From assembly GCA_964057225.1 (NCBI GenBank), contig OZ059894.1, positions 12,462,001 through 12,526,000 of the forward strand: 64,000 nucleotides of DNA, given 5' to 3'. The notes beneath the pieces are model-generated. The model was not told the DNA's origin and made no database searches. It saw only the letters and a program-made list of their open reading frames with translations. The stretch comes from Auanema rhodensis. Taxonomy: Eukaryota; Animalia; Nematoda. Position numbers and translations under genes: made by a program. Below, piece by piece: positions 25,155 to 41,700 of the stretch; position 1 is the first letter of the stretch, and every line of letters starts with the position of its first letter.

Positions 25155-28100
25155 GAAACAGTTGCAGTGACTCACACATGAAAACACATGCCAAACCGTT
25201 TTTTCTATCTCACAGTATAACAAGTAACTGAACAACATAAGCACGTCAAGGTTAAACAAGATTGATCATAATTTAACGAAACGTTTAAATATATGAATGA
25301 ACTTAACTATTATTTCACCAATATGCCAATTCAACAACTTTTTTCAATGTGAGACGATATGCAGCATAATTTGATGAGAACTTTGGAACAGTTGCAGTGA
25401 CCCACACATGAAAACACATGCCAAACCGTTTTTTCTATCTCACAGTATAACAAGTAACTGAACAACATAAGCACATCGAGGTTAAACGAGATTGATCATC
25501 ATTAAACGAAACGTTTGTATATATGAATGAACTTAACTATTAATTCACCAATATGCCAATACAACAACTTTTTTTAATGTGAGACAAATTGAAGCCTAAT
25601 TTGATGAAAACTTCAGAACAGTTGCAGTGACTCACACTTGAAAACACATGCCAAACCGTTTTTTCTATCTCACAGTATAACAAGTAACTGAACAACATAA
25701 GCACATCGAGGTTAAACGAGATTGATCATCATTAAACGAAACGTTTGTATATATGAATGAACTTAACTATTAATTCACCAATATGCCAATACAACAACTT
25801 TTTTTAATGTGAGACAAATTGAAGCCTAATTTGATGAAAACTTCAGAACAGTTGCAGTGACTCACACTTGAAAACACATGCCAAACCGTTTTTTCTATCT
25901 CACATTATAACAAGTAACTGAACAACATAAGCACATCAAGGTTTAACAAGATTGATCATCATTCAACGAAACGTTTGTATATATGAATGAATTTAACATT
26001 TATTTTACCAATAACCCAATGCAACTATCTTCTCTCATGTGAGACAAATTGAAGCCTAAGTTGATAAGAACTTTGGAACAGTTGCAGTGACCCACACATG
26101 AAAACACATGCCAAATCGTTTTTTCTATCTCACATTATAACAAGTAACTGAACAACATAAGCCCATCGAGGTTAAACAAGATTGATCATCATTCAACGAA
26201 ACGTTTAAATATATAAATGAACTCAATAATTATTTTACCAATATGCCAATGCAACAACTTTTTCTAATGTGAGACAAATTGAAGCCTAAGTTGATGAGAA
26301 CTTTGGAACAGTTGCAGTGACTTACACATGAAAACACATGCCAAACCGTTTTTTCTATCTCACATTATAACAAGTAACTGAACAACATAAGCTCGTCGAG
26401 GTTAAACAAGATTGATCATCATTTAACGAAACGTTTAAATATATGAATGAACTCAACAATTATTTTACCAATATGCCAATACAACAACATTTTTTTTAAT
26501 GTGAGACAAATTGAAGCCTAATTTGATGAAAACTTTGAAACAGTTGCAGTGACTCACACATGAAAACACATGCCAAACCGTTTTTTCTATCTCACAGTAT
26601 AACAAGTAACTGAACAACATAAGCACGTCAAGGTTAAACAAGATTGATCATAATTTAACGAAACGTTTAAAAATATATGAATGAACTTAACTATTATCTC
26701 ACCAATATGCCAATAGAACAACTTTTTTTAATGTGAGACAGATTGCAGCATAATTTGATGAGAACTTTAGAACAGTTGCAGTGACTCACACATGGAAACA
26801 CATGCCAAACCGTTTTTTCTATCTCACAGTATAACAAGTAACTGAACAACATAAGCTCGTCGAGGTTAAACAAGATTGATCATCATTTAACGAAACGTTT
26901 AAATATATGAATGAACTTAACAATTATTTTACCAATATGCCAATGCAACAACTTTTTCTAATGTGAGACAAATTGAAGCCTAAGTTGATGAGAACTTTGG
27001 AACAGTTGCAGTGACTCACACATGAAAACACATGCCAAACCGTTTTTTCTATCTCACATTATAACAAGTAACTGAACAACATAAGCACATCGAGGTTAAA
27101 CGAGATTGATCATCATTTAACGAAACGTTTAAATATATGAATGAACTCAACAATTATTTTACCAATATGCCAATGCAACAACTTTTTCTAATGTGAGACA
27201 AATTGAAGCCTAAGTTGATGAGAACTTTGGAACAGTTGCAGTGACCCACACATGAAAACACATGCCAAACCGTTATTTCTATCTCACATTATAACAAGTA
27301 ACTGAACAACATAAGCACATCGAGGTTAAACGAGATTGATCATCATTAAACGAAACGTTTGTATATATGAATGAACTTAACTATTATTTCACCAATATGC
27401 CAATACAACAACTTTTTTTAATGTGAGACAAATTGCAGCATAATTGGACGAGAACTTCAGAACAGTTGCAGTGACTCACACTTGAAAACACATGCCAAAC
27501 CGTTTTTTTTATCTCACAGTACAACAGAAAACTGAGCAACACATGAACATTGTGGTTGAACATGATGAGTCATCATTTACCGAAACGTTCGTATAAATTA
27601 TATGAATCAACTTAACAAATATTTCACCAATATGCCAATACAACAACATTTTTTTTAATGTGAGACAAATTGAAGCCTAATTTGATGGAAACTTTGAAAC
27701 AGTTGCAGTGACTCACACATGAAAACACATGCCAAACCGTTTTTTCTATCTCACAGTATAACAAGTAACTGAACAACATAAGCACGTCAAGGTTAAACAA
27801 GATTGATCATAATTTAACGAAACGTTTAAATATATGAATGAACTTAACTATTATCTCACCAATATGCCAATACAACAACTTTTTTTAATGTGAGACGAAT
27901 TGCAGCATAATTTGATGAGAACTTTGGAACAGTTGCAGTGACTTACACATGAAAACACATGCCAAACCGTTTTTTCTATCTCACATTATAACAAGTAACT
28001 GAACAACATAAGCACATCAAGGTTTAACAAGATTGATCATCATTCAACGAAACGTTTGTATATATGAATGAATTTAACATTTATTTTACCAATAACCCAA

Positions 28101-29775
28101 TGCAACTATCTTCTCTCATGTGAGACAAATTGAAGCCTAAGTTGATAAGAACTTTGGAACAGTTGCAGTGACCCACACATGAAAACACATGCCAAATCGT
28201 TTTTTCTATCTCACATTATAACAAGTAACTGAACAACATAAGCCCATCGAGGTTAAACAAGATTGATCATCATTCAACGAAACGTTTAAATATATGAATG
28301 AACTCAATAATTATTTTACCAATATGCCAATGCAACAACTTTTTCTAATGTGAGACAAATTGAAGCCTAAGTTGATGAGAACTTCGGAACAGTTGCAGTG
28401 ACTTACACATGAAAACACATGCCAAACCGTTTTTTCTATCTCACATTATAACAAGTAACTGAACAACATAAGCTCGTCGATGTTAAACAAGATTGATCAT
28501 CATTTAACGAAACGTTTAAATATATGAATGAACTCAACAATTATTTTACCAATATGCCAATACAACAGCATTTTTTTTAATGTGAGACAAATTGAAGCCT
28601 AATTTGATGAAAACTTTGAAACAGTTGCAGTGACTCACACATGAAAACACAAGCCAAACCGTTTTTTCTATCTCACAGTATAACAAGTAACTGAACAACA
28701 TAAGCACGTCAAGGTTAAACAAGATTGATCATAATTTAACGAAACGTTTAAAAATATATGAATGAACTTAACAATTATTTTACCAATATGCCAATGCAAC
28801 CACTTTTTCTAATGTGAGACAAATTGAAGCCTAAGTTGATGAGAACTTTGGAACAGTTGCAGTGACCCACACATGAAAACACATGCCAAATCGTTTTTTC
28901 CATCTCACATTATAACAAGTAACTGAACAACATAAGCCCATCGAGGTTAAACAAGATTGATCATCATTCAACGAAACGTTTAAATATATGAATGAACTCA
29001 ATAATTATTTTACCAATATGCCAATGCAACAACTTTTTCTAATGTGAGACAAATTGAAGCCTAAGTTGATGAGAACTTTGGAACAGTTGCAGTGACTTAC
29101 ACATGAAAACACATGCCAAACCGTTTTTTCTATCTCACATTATAACAAGTAACTGAACAACATAAGCTCGTCGAGGTTAAACAAGATTGATCATCATTTA
29201 ACGAAACGTTTAAATATATGAATGAACTCAACTATTATTTTACCAATATGCCAATACAACAACATTTTTTTTAATGTGAGACAAATTGAAGCCTAATTTG
29301 ATGAAACCTTTGAAACAGTTGCAGTGACTCACACATGAAAACACATGCCAAACCGTTTTTTCTATCTCACAGTATAACAAGTAACTTAACAACATAAGCA
29401 CATCGAGGTTAAACGAGATTGATCATCATTTAACGAAACGTTTAAATATATGAATGAACTCAACAATTATTTTACCAATATGCCAATGCAACAACTTTTT
29501 CTAATGTGAGACAAATTGAAGCCTAAGTTGATGAGAACTTTGGAACAGTTGCAGTGACCCACACATGAAAACACATGCCAAACCGTTTTTTCTATCTCAC
29601 ATTATAACAAGTAACTGAACAACATAAGCACATCGAGGTTAAACGAGATTGATCATCATTAAACGAAACGTTTGTATATATGAATGAACTCAACAATTAT
29701 TTTACCAATATGCCAATACAAAAACATTTTTTTTAATGTGAGACAAATTGAAGCCTAATTTGATGAAAACTTTAG

Positions 29776-32700
29776 AACAGTTGCAGTGACCCACACATGA
29801 AAACACATGCCAAACCGTTTTTTCTATCTCACATTATAACAAGTAACTGAACAACATAAGCACATCGAGGTTAAACGAGATTGATCATCATTAAACGAAA
29901 CGTTTGTATATATGAATGAACTCAACAATTATTTTACCAATATGCCAATACAACAACATTTTTTTTAATGTGAGACAAATTGAAGCCTAATTTGATGAAA
30001 ACTTTAGAACAGTTGATCATCATTAAACGAAACGTTTGTATATATGAATGAACTTAACTATTAATTCACCAATATGCCAATACAACAACTTTTTTTAATG
30101 TGAGACAAATTGAAGCCTAATTTGATGAAAACTTTAGAACAGTTGCAGTGACTCACACTTGAAAACACATGCCAAACCGTCTTTTTCATCTCACAGTACA
30201 ACAGAAAACTGAGCAACATATGAACATTGTGGTTGAACATGATGAGTCATCATTTACCGAAACGTTCGTATATATTATATGAATCACCTTAACAAATATT
30301 TCACCAATATGCCAATACAACAACATTTTTTTTAATGTGAGACAAATTGAAGCCTAATTTGATGAAAACTTTGAAACAGTTGCAGTGACTCACACATGAA
30401 AACACATGCCAAACCGTTTTTTCTATCTCATAGTATAACAAGTAACTGAACAACATAAGCACGTCAAGGTTAAACAAGATTGATCATAATTTAACGAAAC
30501 GTTTAAATATATGAATGAACTTAACTATTATTTCACCAATTTGCCAATTCAACAACTTTTTTCAATGTGAGACGAATTGCAGCATAATTTGATGAGAACT
30601 TTGGAACAGTTGCAGTGACCCACACATGAAAACACATGCCAAACCGTTTTTTCTATCTCACAGTATAACAAGTAACTGAACAACATAAGCACATCAAGGT
30701 TTAACAAGATTGATCATCATTCAACGAAACGTTTGTATATATGAATGAATTTAACATTTATTTTACCAATAACCCAATGCAACTATCTTCTCTCATGTGA
30801 GACAAACTGAAGCCTAAGTTGATAAGAACTTTGGAACAGTTGCAGTGACCCACACATGAAAACACATGCCAAATCGTTTTTTCTATCTCACATTATAACA
30901 AGTAACTGAACAACATAAGCCCATCGAGGTTAAACAAGATTGATCATCATTCAACGAAACGTTTAAATATATAAATGAACTCAATAATTATTTTACCAAT
31001 ATGCCAATGCAACAACTTTTTCTAATGTGAGACAAATTGAAGCCTAAGTTGATGAGAACTTTGGAACAGTTGCAGTGACTTACACATGAAAACACATGCC
31101 AAACCGTTTTTTCTATCTCACATTATAACAAGTAACTGAACAACATAAGCTCGTCGAGGTTAAACAAGATTGATCATCATTTAACGAAACGTTTAAATAT
31201 ATGAATGAACTCAACAATTATTTTACCAATATGCCAATACAACAACATTTTTTTTAATGTGAGACAAATTGAAGCCTAATTTGATGAAAACTTTGAAACA
31301 GTTGCAGTGACTCACACATGAAAACACATGCCAAACCGTTTTTTCTATCTCACAGTATAACAAGTAACTGAACAACATAAGCACGTCAAGGTTAAACAAG
31401 ATTGATCATAATTTAACGAAACGTTTAAAAATATATGAATGAACTTAACTATTATCTCACCAATATGCCAATAGAACAACTTTTTTTAATGTGAGACAGA
31501 TTGCAGCATAATTTGATGAGAACTTTAGAACAGTTGCAGTGACTCACACATGGAAACACATGCCAAACCGTTTTTTCTATCTCACAGTATAACAAGTAAC
31601 TGAACAACATAAGCTCGTCGAGGTTAAACAAGATTGATCATCATTTAACGAAACGTTTAAATATATGAATGAACTTAACAATTATTTTACCAATATGCCA
31701 ATGCAACAACTTTTTCTAATGTGAGACAAATTGAAGCCTAAGTTGATGAGAACTTTGGAACAGTTGCAGTGACCCACACATGAAAACACATGCCAAACCG
31801 TTTTTTCTATCTCACATTATAACAAGTAACTGAACAACATAAGCACATCGAGGTTAAACGAGATTGATCATCATTAAACGAAACGTTTGTATATATGAAT
31901 GAACTTAACTATTATTTCACCAATATGCCAATACAACAACTTTTTTTAATGTGAGACAAATTGCAGCATAATTGGACGAGAACTTCAGAACAGTTGCAGT
32001 GACTCACACATGAAAACACATGCCAAACCGTTTTTTTTATCTCACAGTACAACAGAAAACTGAGCAACATATGAACATTGTGGTTGAACATGATGAGTCA
32101 TCATTTACCGAAACGTTCGTATGAATTATATGAATCAACTTAACAAATATTTCACCAATATGCCAATACAACAACATTTTTTTTAATGTGAGACAAATTG
32201 AAGCCTAATTTGATGGAAACTTTGAAACAGTTGCAGTGACTCACACATGAAAACACATGCCAAACCGTTTTTTCTATCTCACAGTATAACAAGTAACTGA
32301 ACAACATAAGCACGTCAAGGTTAAACAAGATTGATCATAATTTAACGAAACGTTTAAATATATGAATGAACTTAACTATTATCTCACCAATATGCCAATA
32401 CAACAACTTTTTTTAATGTGAGACGAATTGCAGCATAATTGGATGAGAACTTTGGAACAGTTGCAGTGACTTACACATGAAAACACATGCCAAACCGTTT
32501 TTTCTATCTCACATTATAACAAGTAACTGAACAACATAAGCTCGTCGAGGTTAAACAAGATTGATCATCATTTAACGAAACGTTTAAAAATATATGAATG
32601 AACTTAACAATTATTTTACCAATATGCCAATGCAACCACTTTTTCTAATGTGAGACAAATTGAAGCCTAAGTTGATGAGAACTTTGGAACAGTTGCAGTG

Positions 32701-35700
32701 ACCCACACATGAAAACACATGCCAAATCGTTTTTTCCATCTCACATTATAACAAGTAACTGAACAACATAAGCCCATCGAGGTTAAACAAGATTGATCAT
32801 CATTAAACGAAACGTTTGTATATATGAATGAACTCAACAATTATTTTACCAATATGCCAATACAAAAACATTTTTTTTAATGTGAGACAAATTGAAGCCT
32901 AATTTGATGAAAACTTTAGAACAGTTGCAGTGACCCACACATGAAAACACATGCCAAACCGTTTTTTCTATCTCACATTATAACAAGTAACTGAACAACA
33001 TAAGCACATCGAGGTTAAACGAGATTGATCATCATTAAACGAAACGTTTGTATATATGAATGAACTCAACAATTATTTTACCAATATGCCAATACAACAA
33101 CATTTTTTTTAATGTGAGACAAATTGAAGCCTAATTTGATGAAAACTTTAGAACAGTTGATCATCATTAAACAAAACGTTTGTATATATGAATGAACTTA
33201 ACTATTAATTCACCAATATGCCAATACAACAACTTTTTTTAATGTGAGACAAATTGAAGCCTAATTTGATGAAAACTTTAGAACAGTTGCAGTGACTCAC
33301 ACTTGAAAACACATGCCAAACCGTCTTTTTCATCTCACAGTACAACAGAAAACTGAGCAACATATGAACATTGTGGTTGAACATGATGAGTCATCATTTA
33401 CCGAAACGTTCGTATATATTATATGAATCACCTTAACAAATATTTCACCAATATGCCAATACAACAACATTTTTTTTAATGTGAGACAAATTGAAGCCTA
33501 ATTTGATGAAAACTTTGAAACAGTTGCAGTGACTCACACATGAAAACACATGCCAAACCGTTTTTTCTATCTCACAGTATAACAAGTAACTGAACAACAT
33601 AAGCACGTCAAGGTTAAACAAGATTGATCATAATTTAACGAAACGTTTAAATATATGAATGAACTTAACTATTATTTCACCAATTTGCCAATTCAACAAC
33701 TTTTTCTAATGTGAGACAAATTGAAGCCTAAGTTGATGAGAACTTTGGAACAGTTGCAGTGACCCACACATGAAAACACATGCCAAACCGTTTTTTCTAT
33801 CTCACATTATAACAAGTAACTGAACAACATAAGCTCGTCGAGGTTAAACAAGATTGATCATCATTTAACGAAACGTTTAAAAATATATGAATGAACTTAA
33901 CAATTATTTTACCAATATGCCAATGCAACCACTTTTTCTAATGTGAGACAAATTGAAGCCTAAGTTGATGAGAACTTTGGAACAGTTGCAGTGACCCACA
34001 CATGAAAACACATGCCAAATCGTTTTTTCCATCTCACATTATAACAAGTAACTGAACAACATAAGCCCATCGAGGTTAAACAAGATTGATCATCATTCAA
34101 CGAAACGTTTAAATATATGAATGAACTCAATAATTATTTTACCAATATGCCAATGCAACAACTTTTTCTAATGTGAGACAGATTGCAGCATAATTTGATG
34201 AGAACTTTAGAACAGTTGCAGTGACTCACACATGGAAACACATGCCAAACCGTTTTTTCTATCTCACAGTATAACAAGTAACTGAACAACATAAGCACAT
34301 CGAGGTTAAACGAGATTGATCATCATTAAACGAAACGTTTGTATATATGAATGAACTCAACAATTATTTTACCAATATGCCAATACAAAAACATTTTTTT
34401 TAATGTGAGACAAATTGAAGCCTAATTTGATGAAAACTTTAGAACAGTTGCAGTGACCCACACATGAAAACACATGCCAAACCGTTTTTTCTATCTCACA
34501 TTATAACAAGTAACTGAACAACATAAGCACATCGAGGTTAAACGAGATTGATCATCATTAAACGAAACGTTTGTATATATGAATGAACTCAACAATTATT
34601 TTACCAATATGCCAATACAACAACATTTTTTTTAATGTGAGACAAATTGAAGCCTAATTTGATGAAAACTTTAGAACAGTTGATCATCATTAAACGAAAC
34701 GTTTGTATATATGAATGAACTTAACTATTAATTCACCAATATGCCAATACAACAACTTTTTTTAATGTGAGACAAATTGAAGCCTAATTTGATGAAAACT
34801 TTAGAACAGTTGCAGTGACTCACACTTGAAAACACATGCCAAACCGTCTTTTTCATCTCACAGTACAACAGAAAACTGAGCAACATATGAACATTGTGGT
34901 TGAACATGATGAGTCATCATTTACCGAAACGTTCGTATATATTATATGAATCACCTTAACAAATATTTCACCAATATGCCAATACAACAACATTTTTTTT
35001 AATGTGAGACAAATTGAAGCCTAATTTGATGAAAACTTTGAAACAGTTGCAGTGACTCACACATGAAAACACATGCCAAACCGTTTTTTCTATCTCACAG
35101 TATAACAAGTAACTGAACAACATAAGCACGTCAAGGTTAAACAAGATTGATCATAATTTAACGAAACGTTTAAATATATGAATGAACTTAACTATTATTT
35201 CACCAATTTGCCAATTCAACAACTTTTTTCAATGTGAGACGAATTGCAGCATAATTTGATGAGAACTTTGGAACAGTTGCAGTGACCCACACATGAAAAC
35301 ACATGCCAAACCGTTTTTTCTATCTCACAGTATAACAAGTAACTGAACAACATAAGCACATCAAGGTTTAACAAGATTGATCATCATTCAACGAAACGTT
35401 TGTATATATGAATGAATTTAACATTTATTTTACCAATAACCCAATGCAACTATCTTCTCTCATGTGAGACAAACTGAAGCCTAAGTTGATAAGAACTTTG
35501 GAACAGTTGCAGTGACCCACACATGAAAACACATGCCAAATCGTTTTTTCTATCTCACATTATAACAAGTAACTGAACAACATAAGCCCATCGAGGTTAA
35601 ACAAGATTGATCATCATTCAACGAAACGTTTAAATATATAAATGAACTCAATAATTATTTTACCAATATGCCAATGCAACAACTTTTTCTAATGTGAGAC

Positions 35701-38700
35701 AAATTGAAGCCTAAGTTGATGAGAACTTTGGAACAGTTGCAGTGACTTACACATGAAAACACATGCCAAACCGTTTTTTCTATCTCACATTATAACAAGT
35801 AACTGAACAACATAAGCTCGTCGAGGTTAAACAAGATTGATCATCATTTAACGAAACGTTTAAATATATGAATGAACTCAACAATTATTTTACCAATATG
35901 CCAATACAACAACATTTTTTTTAATGTGAGACAAATTGAAGCCTAATTTGATGAAAACTTTGAAACAGTTGCAGTGACTCACACATGAAAACACATGCCA
36001 AACCGTTTTTTCTATCTCACAGTATAACAAGTAACTGAACAACATAAGCACGTCAAGGTTAAACAAGATTGATCATAATTTAACGAAACGTTTAAAAATA
36101 TATGAATGAACTTAACTATTATCTCACCAATATGCCAATAGAACAACTTTTTTTAATGTGAGACAGATTGCAGCATAATTTGATGAGAACTTTAGAACAG
36201 TTGCAGTGACTCACACATGGAAACACATGCCAAACCGTTTTTTCTATCTCACAGTATAACAAGTAACTGAACAACATAAGCTCGTCGAGGTTAAACAAGA
36301 TTGATCATCATTTAACGAAACGTTTAAATATATGAATGAACTTAACAATTATTTTACCAATATGCCAATGCAACAACTTTTTCTAATGTGAGACAAATTG
36401 AAGCCTAAGTTGATGAGAACTTTGGAACAGTTGCAGTGACTCACACATGGAAACACATGCCAAACCGTTTTTTCTATCTCACAGTATAACAAGTAACTGA
36501 ACAACATAAGCTCGTCGAGGTTAAACAAGATTGATCATCATTTAACGAAACGTTTAAATATATGAATGAACTTAACAATTATTTTACCAATATGCCAATG
36601 CAACAACTTTTTCTAATGTGAGACAAATTGAAGCCTAATTTGATGAAAACTTTAGAACAGTTGCAGTGACCCACACATGAAAACACATGCCAAACCGTTT
36701 TTTCTATCTCACATTATAACAAGTAACTGAACAACATAAGCACATCGAGGTTAAACGAGATTGATCATCATTAAACGAAACGTTTGTATATATGAATGAA
36801 CTCAACAATTATTTTACCAATATGCCAATACAACAACATTTTTTTTGATGTGAGACAAATTGAAGCCTAAGTTGATGAGAACTTTGGAACAGTTGCAGTG
36901 ACCCACACATGAAAACACATGCCAAACCGTTTTTTCTATCTCACATTATAACAAGTAACTGAACAACATAAGCACATCGAGGTTAAACGAGATTGATCAT
37001 CATTAAACGAAACGTTTGTATATATGAATGAACTCAACAATTATTTTACCAATATGCCAATACAACAACATTTTTTTTAATGTGAGACAAATTGAAGCCT
37101 AATTTGATGAAAACTTTAGAACAGTTGATCATCATTAAACGAAACGTTTGTATATATGAATGAACTTAACTATTAATTCACCAATATGCCAATACAACAA
37201 CTTTTTTTAATGTGAGACAAATTGAAGCCTAATTTGATGAAAACTTTAGAACAGTTGCAGTGACTCACACTTGAAAACACATGCCAAACCGTCTTTTTCA
37301 TCTCACAGTACAACAGAAAACTGAGCAACATATGAACATTGTGGTTGAACATGATGAGTCATCATTTACCGAAACGTTCGTATATATTATATGAATCACC
37401 TTAACAAATATTTCACCAATATGCCAATACAACAACATTTTTTTTAATGTGAGACAAATTGAAGCCTAATTTGATGAAAACTTTGAAACAGTTGCAGTGA
37501 CTCACACATGAAAACACATGCCAAACCGTTTTTTCTATCTCATAGTATAACAAGTAACTGAACAACATAAGCACGTCAAGGTTAAACAAGATTGATCATA
37601 ATTTAACGAAACGTTTAAATATATGAATGAACTTAACTATTATTTCACCAATTTGCCAATTCAACAACTTTTTTCAATGTGAGACGAATTGCAGCATAAT
37701 TTGATGAGAACTTTGGAACAGTTGCAGTGACCCACACATGAAAACACATGCCAAACCGTTTTTTCTATCTCACAGTATAACAAGTAACTGAACAACATAA
37801 GCACATCAAGGTTTAACAAGATTGATCATCATTCAACGAAACGTTTGTATATATGAATGAATTTAACATTTATTTTACCAATAACCCAATGCAACTATCT
37901 TCTCTCATGTGAGACAAACTGAAGCCTAAGTTGATAAGAACTTTGGAACAGTTGCAGTGACCCACACATGAAAACACATGCCAAATCGTTTTTTCTATCT
38001 CACATTATAACAAGTAACTGAACAACATAAGCCCATCGAGGTTAAACAAGATTGATCATCATTCAACGAAACGTTTAAATATATAAATGAACTCAATAAT
38101 TATTTTACCAATATGCCAATGCAACAACTTTTTCTAATGTGAGACAAATTGAAGCCTAAGTTGATGAGAACTTTGGAACAGTTGCAGTGACTTACACATG
38201 AAAACACATGCCAAACCGTTTTTTCTATCTCACATTATAACAAGTAACTGAACAACATAAGCTCGTCGAGGTTAAACAAGATTGATCATCATTTAACGAA
38301 ACGTTTAAATATATGAATGAACTCAACAATTATTTTACCAATATGCCAATACAACAACATTTTTTTTAATGTGAGACAAATTGAAGCCTAATTTGATGAA
38401 AACTTTGAAACAGTTGCAGTGACTCACACATGAAAACACATGCCAAACCGTTTTTTCTATCTCACAGTATAACAAGTAACTGAACAACATAAGCACGTCA
38501 AGGTTAAACAAGATTGATCATAATTTAACGAAACGTTTAAAAATATATGAATGAACTTAACTATTATCTCACCAATATGCCAATAGAACAACTTTTTTTA
38601 ATGTGAGACAGATTGCAGCATAATTTGATGAGAACTTTAGAACAGTTGCAGTGACTCACACATGGAAACACATGCCAAACCGTTTTTTCTATCTCACAGT

Positions 38701-41700
38701 ATAACAAGTAACTGAACAACATAAGCTCGTCGAGGTTAAACAAGATTGATCATCATTTAACGAAACGTTTAAATATATGAATGAACTTAACAATTATTTT
38801 ACCAATATGCCAATGCAACAACTTTTTCTAATGTGAGACAAATTGAAGCCTAAGTTGATGAGAACTTTGGAACAGTTGCAGTGACCCACACATGAAAACA
38901 CATGCCAAACCGTTTTTTCTATCTCACATTATAACAAGTAACTGAACAACATAAGCACATCGAGGTTAAACGAGATTGATCATCATTAAACGAAACGTTT
39001 GTATATATGAATGAACTTAACTATTATTTCACCAATATGCCAATACAACAACTTTTTTTAATGTGAGACAAATTGCAGCATAATTGGACGAGAACTTCAG
39101 AACAGTTGCAGTGACTCACACATGAAAACACATGCCAAACCGTTTTTTTTATCTCACAGTACAACAGAAAACTGAGCAACATATGAACATTGTGGTTGAA
39201 CATGATGAGTCATCATTTACCGAAACGTTCGTATGAATTATATGAATCAACTTAACAAATATTTCACCAATATGCCAATACAACAACATTTTTTTTAATG
39301 TGAGACAAATTGAAGCCTAATTTGATGGAAACTTTGAAACAGTTGCAGTGACTCACACATGAAAACACATGCCAAACCGTTTTTTCTATCTCACAGTATA
39401 ACAAGTAACTGAACAACATAAGCACGTCAAGGTTAAACAAGATTGATCATAATTTAACGAAACGTTTAAATATATGAATGAACTTAACTATTATCTCACC
39501 AATATGCCAATACAACAACTTTTTTTAATGTGAGACGAATTGCAGCATAATTGGATGAGAACTTTGGAACAGTTGCAGTGACTTACACATGAAAACACAT
39601 GCCAAACCGTTTTTTCTATCTCACATTATAACAAGTAACTGAACAACATAAGCTCGTCGAGGTTAAACAAGATTGATCATCATTTAACGAAACGTTTAAA
39701 AATATATGAATGAACTTAACAATTATTTTACCAATATGCCAATGCAACCACTTTTTCTAATGTGAGACAAATTGAAGCCTAAGTTGATGAGAACTTTGGA
39801 ACAGTTGCAGTGACCCACACATGAAAACACATGCCAAATCGTTTTTTCCATCTCACATTATAACAAGTAACTGAACAACATAAGCCCATCGAGGTTAAAC
39901 AAGATTGATCATCATTAAACGAAACGTTTGTATATATGAATGAACTCAACAATTATTTTACCAATATGCCAATACAAAAACATTTTTTTTAATGTGAGAC
40001 AAATTGAAGCCTAATTTGATGAAAACTTTAGAACAGTTGCAGTGACCCACACATGAAAACACATGCCAAACCGTTTTTTCTATCTCACATTATAACAAGT
40101 AACTGAACAACATAAGCACATCGAGGTTAAACGAGATTGATCATCATTAAACGAAACGTTTGTATATATGAATGAACTCAACAATTATTTTACCAATATG
40201 CCAATACAACAACATTTTTTTTAATGTGAGACAAATTGAAGCCTAATTTGATGAAAACTTTAGAACAGTTGATCATCATTAAACAAAACGTTTGTATATA
40301 TGAATGAACTTAACTATTAATTCACCAATATGCCAATACAACAACTTTTTTTAATGTGAGACAAATTGAAGCCTAATTTGATGAAAACTTTAGAACAGTT
40401 GCAGTGACTCACACTTGAAAACACATGCCAAACCGTCTTTTTCATCTCACAGTACAACAGAAAACTGAGCAACATATGAACATTGTGGTTGAACATGATG
40501 AGTCATCATTTACCGAAACGTTCGTATATATTATATGAATCACCTTAACAAATATTTCACCAATATGCCAATACAACAACATTTTTTTTAATGTGAGACA
40601 AATTGAAGCCTAATTTGATGAAAACTTTGAAACAGTTGCAGTGACTCACACATGAAAACACATGCCAAACCGTTTTTTCTATCTCACAGTATAACAAGTA
40701 ACTGAACAACATAAGCACGTCAAGGTTAAACAAGATTGATCATAATTTAACGAAACGTTTAAATATATGAATGAACTTAACTATTATTTCACCAATTTGC
40801 CAATTCAACAACTTTTTCTAATGTGAGACAAATTGAAGCCTAAGTTGATGAGAACTTTGGAACAGTTGCAGTGACCCACACATGAAAACACATGCCAAAC
40901 CGTTTTTTCTATCTCACATTATAACAAGTAACTGAACAACATAAGCTCGTCGAGGTTAAACAAGATTGATCATCATTTAACGAAACGTTTAAAAATATAT
41001 GAATGAACTTAACAATTATTTTACCAATATGCCAATGCAACCACTTTTTCTAATGTGAGACAAATTGAAGCCTAAGTTGATGAGAACTTTGGAACAGTTG
41101 CAGTGACCCACACATGAAAACACATGCCAAATCGTTTTTTCCATCTCACATTATAACAAGTAACTGAACAACATAAGCCCATCGAGGTTAAACAAGATTG
41201 ATCATCATTCAACGAAACGTTTAAATATATGAATGAACTCAATAATTATTTTACCAATATGCCAATGCAACAACTTTTTCTAATGTGAGACAGATTGCAG
41301 CATAATTTGATGAGAACTTTAGAACAGTTGCAGTGACTCACACATGGAAACACATGCCAAACCGTTTTTTCTATCTCACAGTATAACAAGTAACTGAACA
41401 ACATAAGCACATCGAGGTTAAACGAGATTGATCATCATTAAACGAAACGTTTGTATATATGAATGAACTCAACAATTATTTTACCAATATGCCAATACAA
41501 AAACATTTTTTTTAATGTGAGACAAATTGAAGCCTAATTTGATGAAAACTTTAGAACAGTTGCAGTGACCCACACATGAAAACACATGCCAAACCGTTTT
41601 TTCTATCTCACATTATAACAAGTAACTGAACAACATAAGCACATCGAGGTTAAACGAGATTGATCATCATTAAACGAAACGTTTGTATATATGAATGAAC

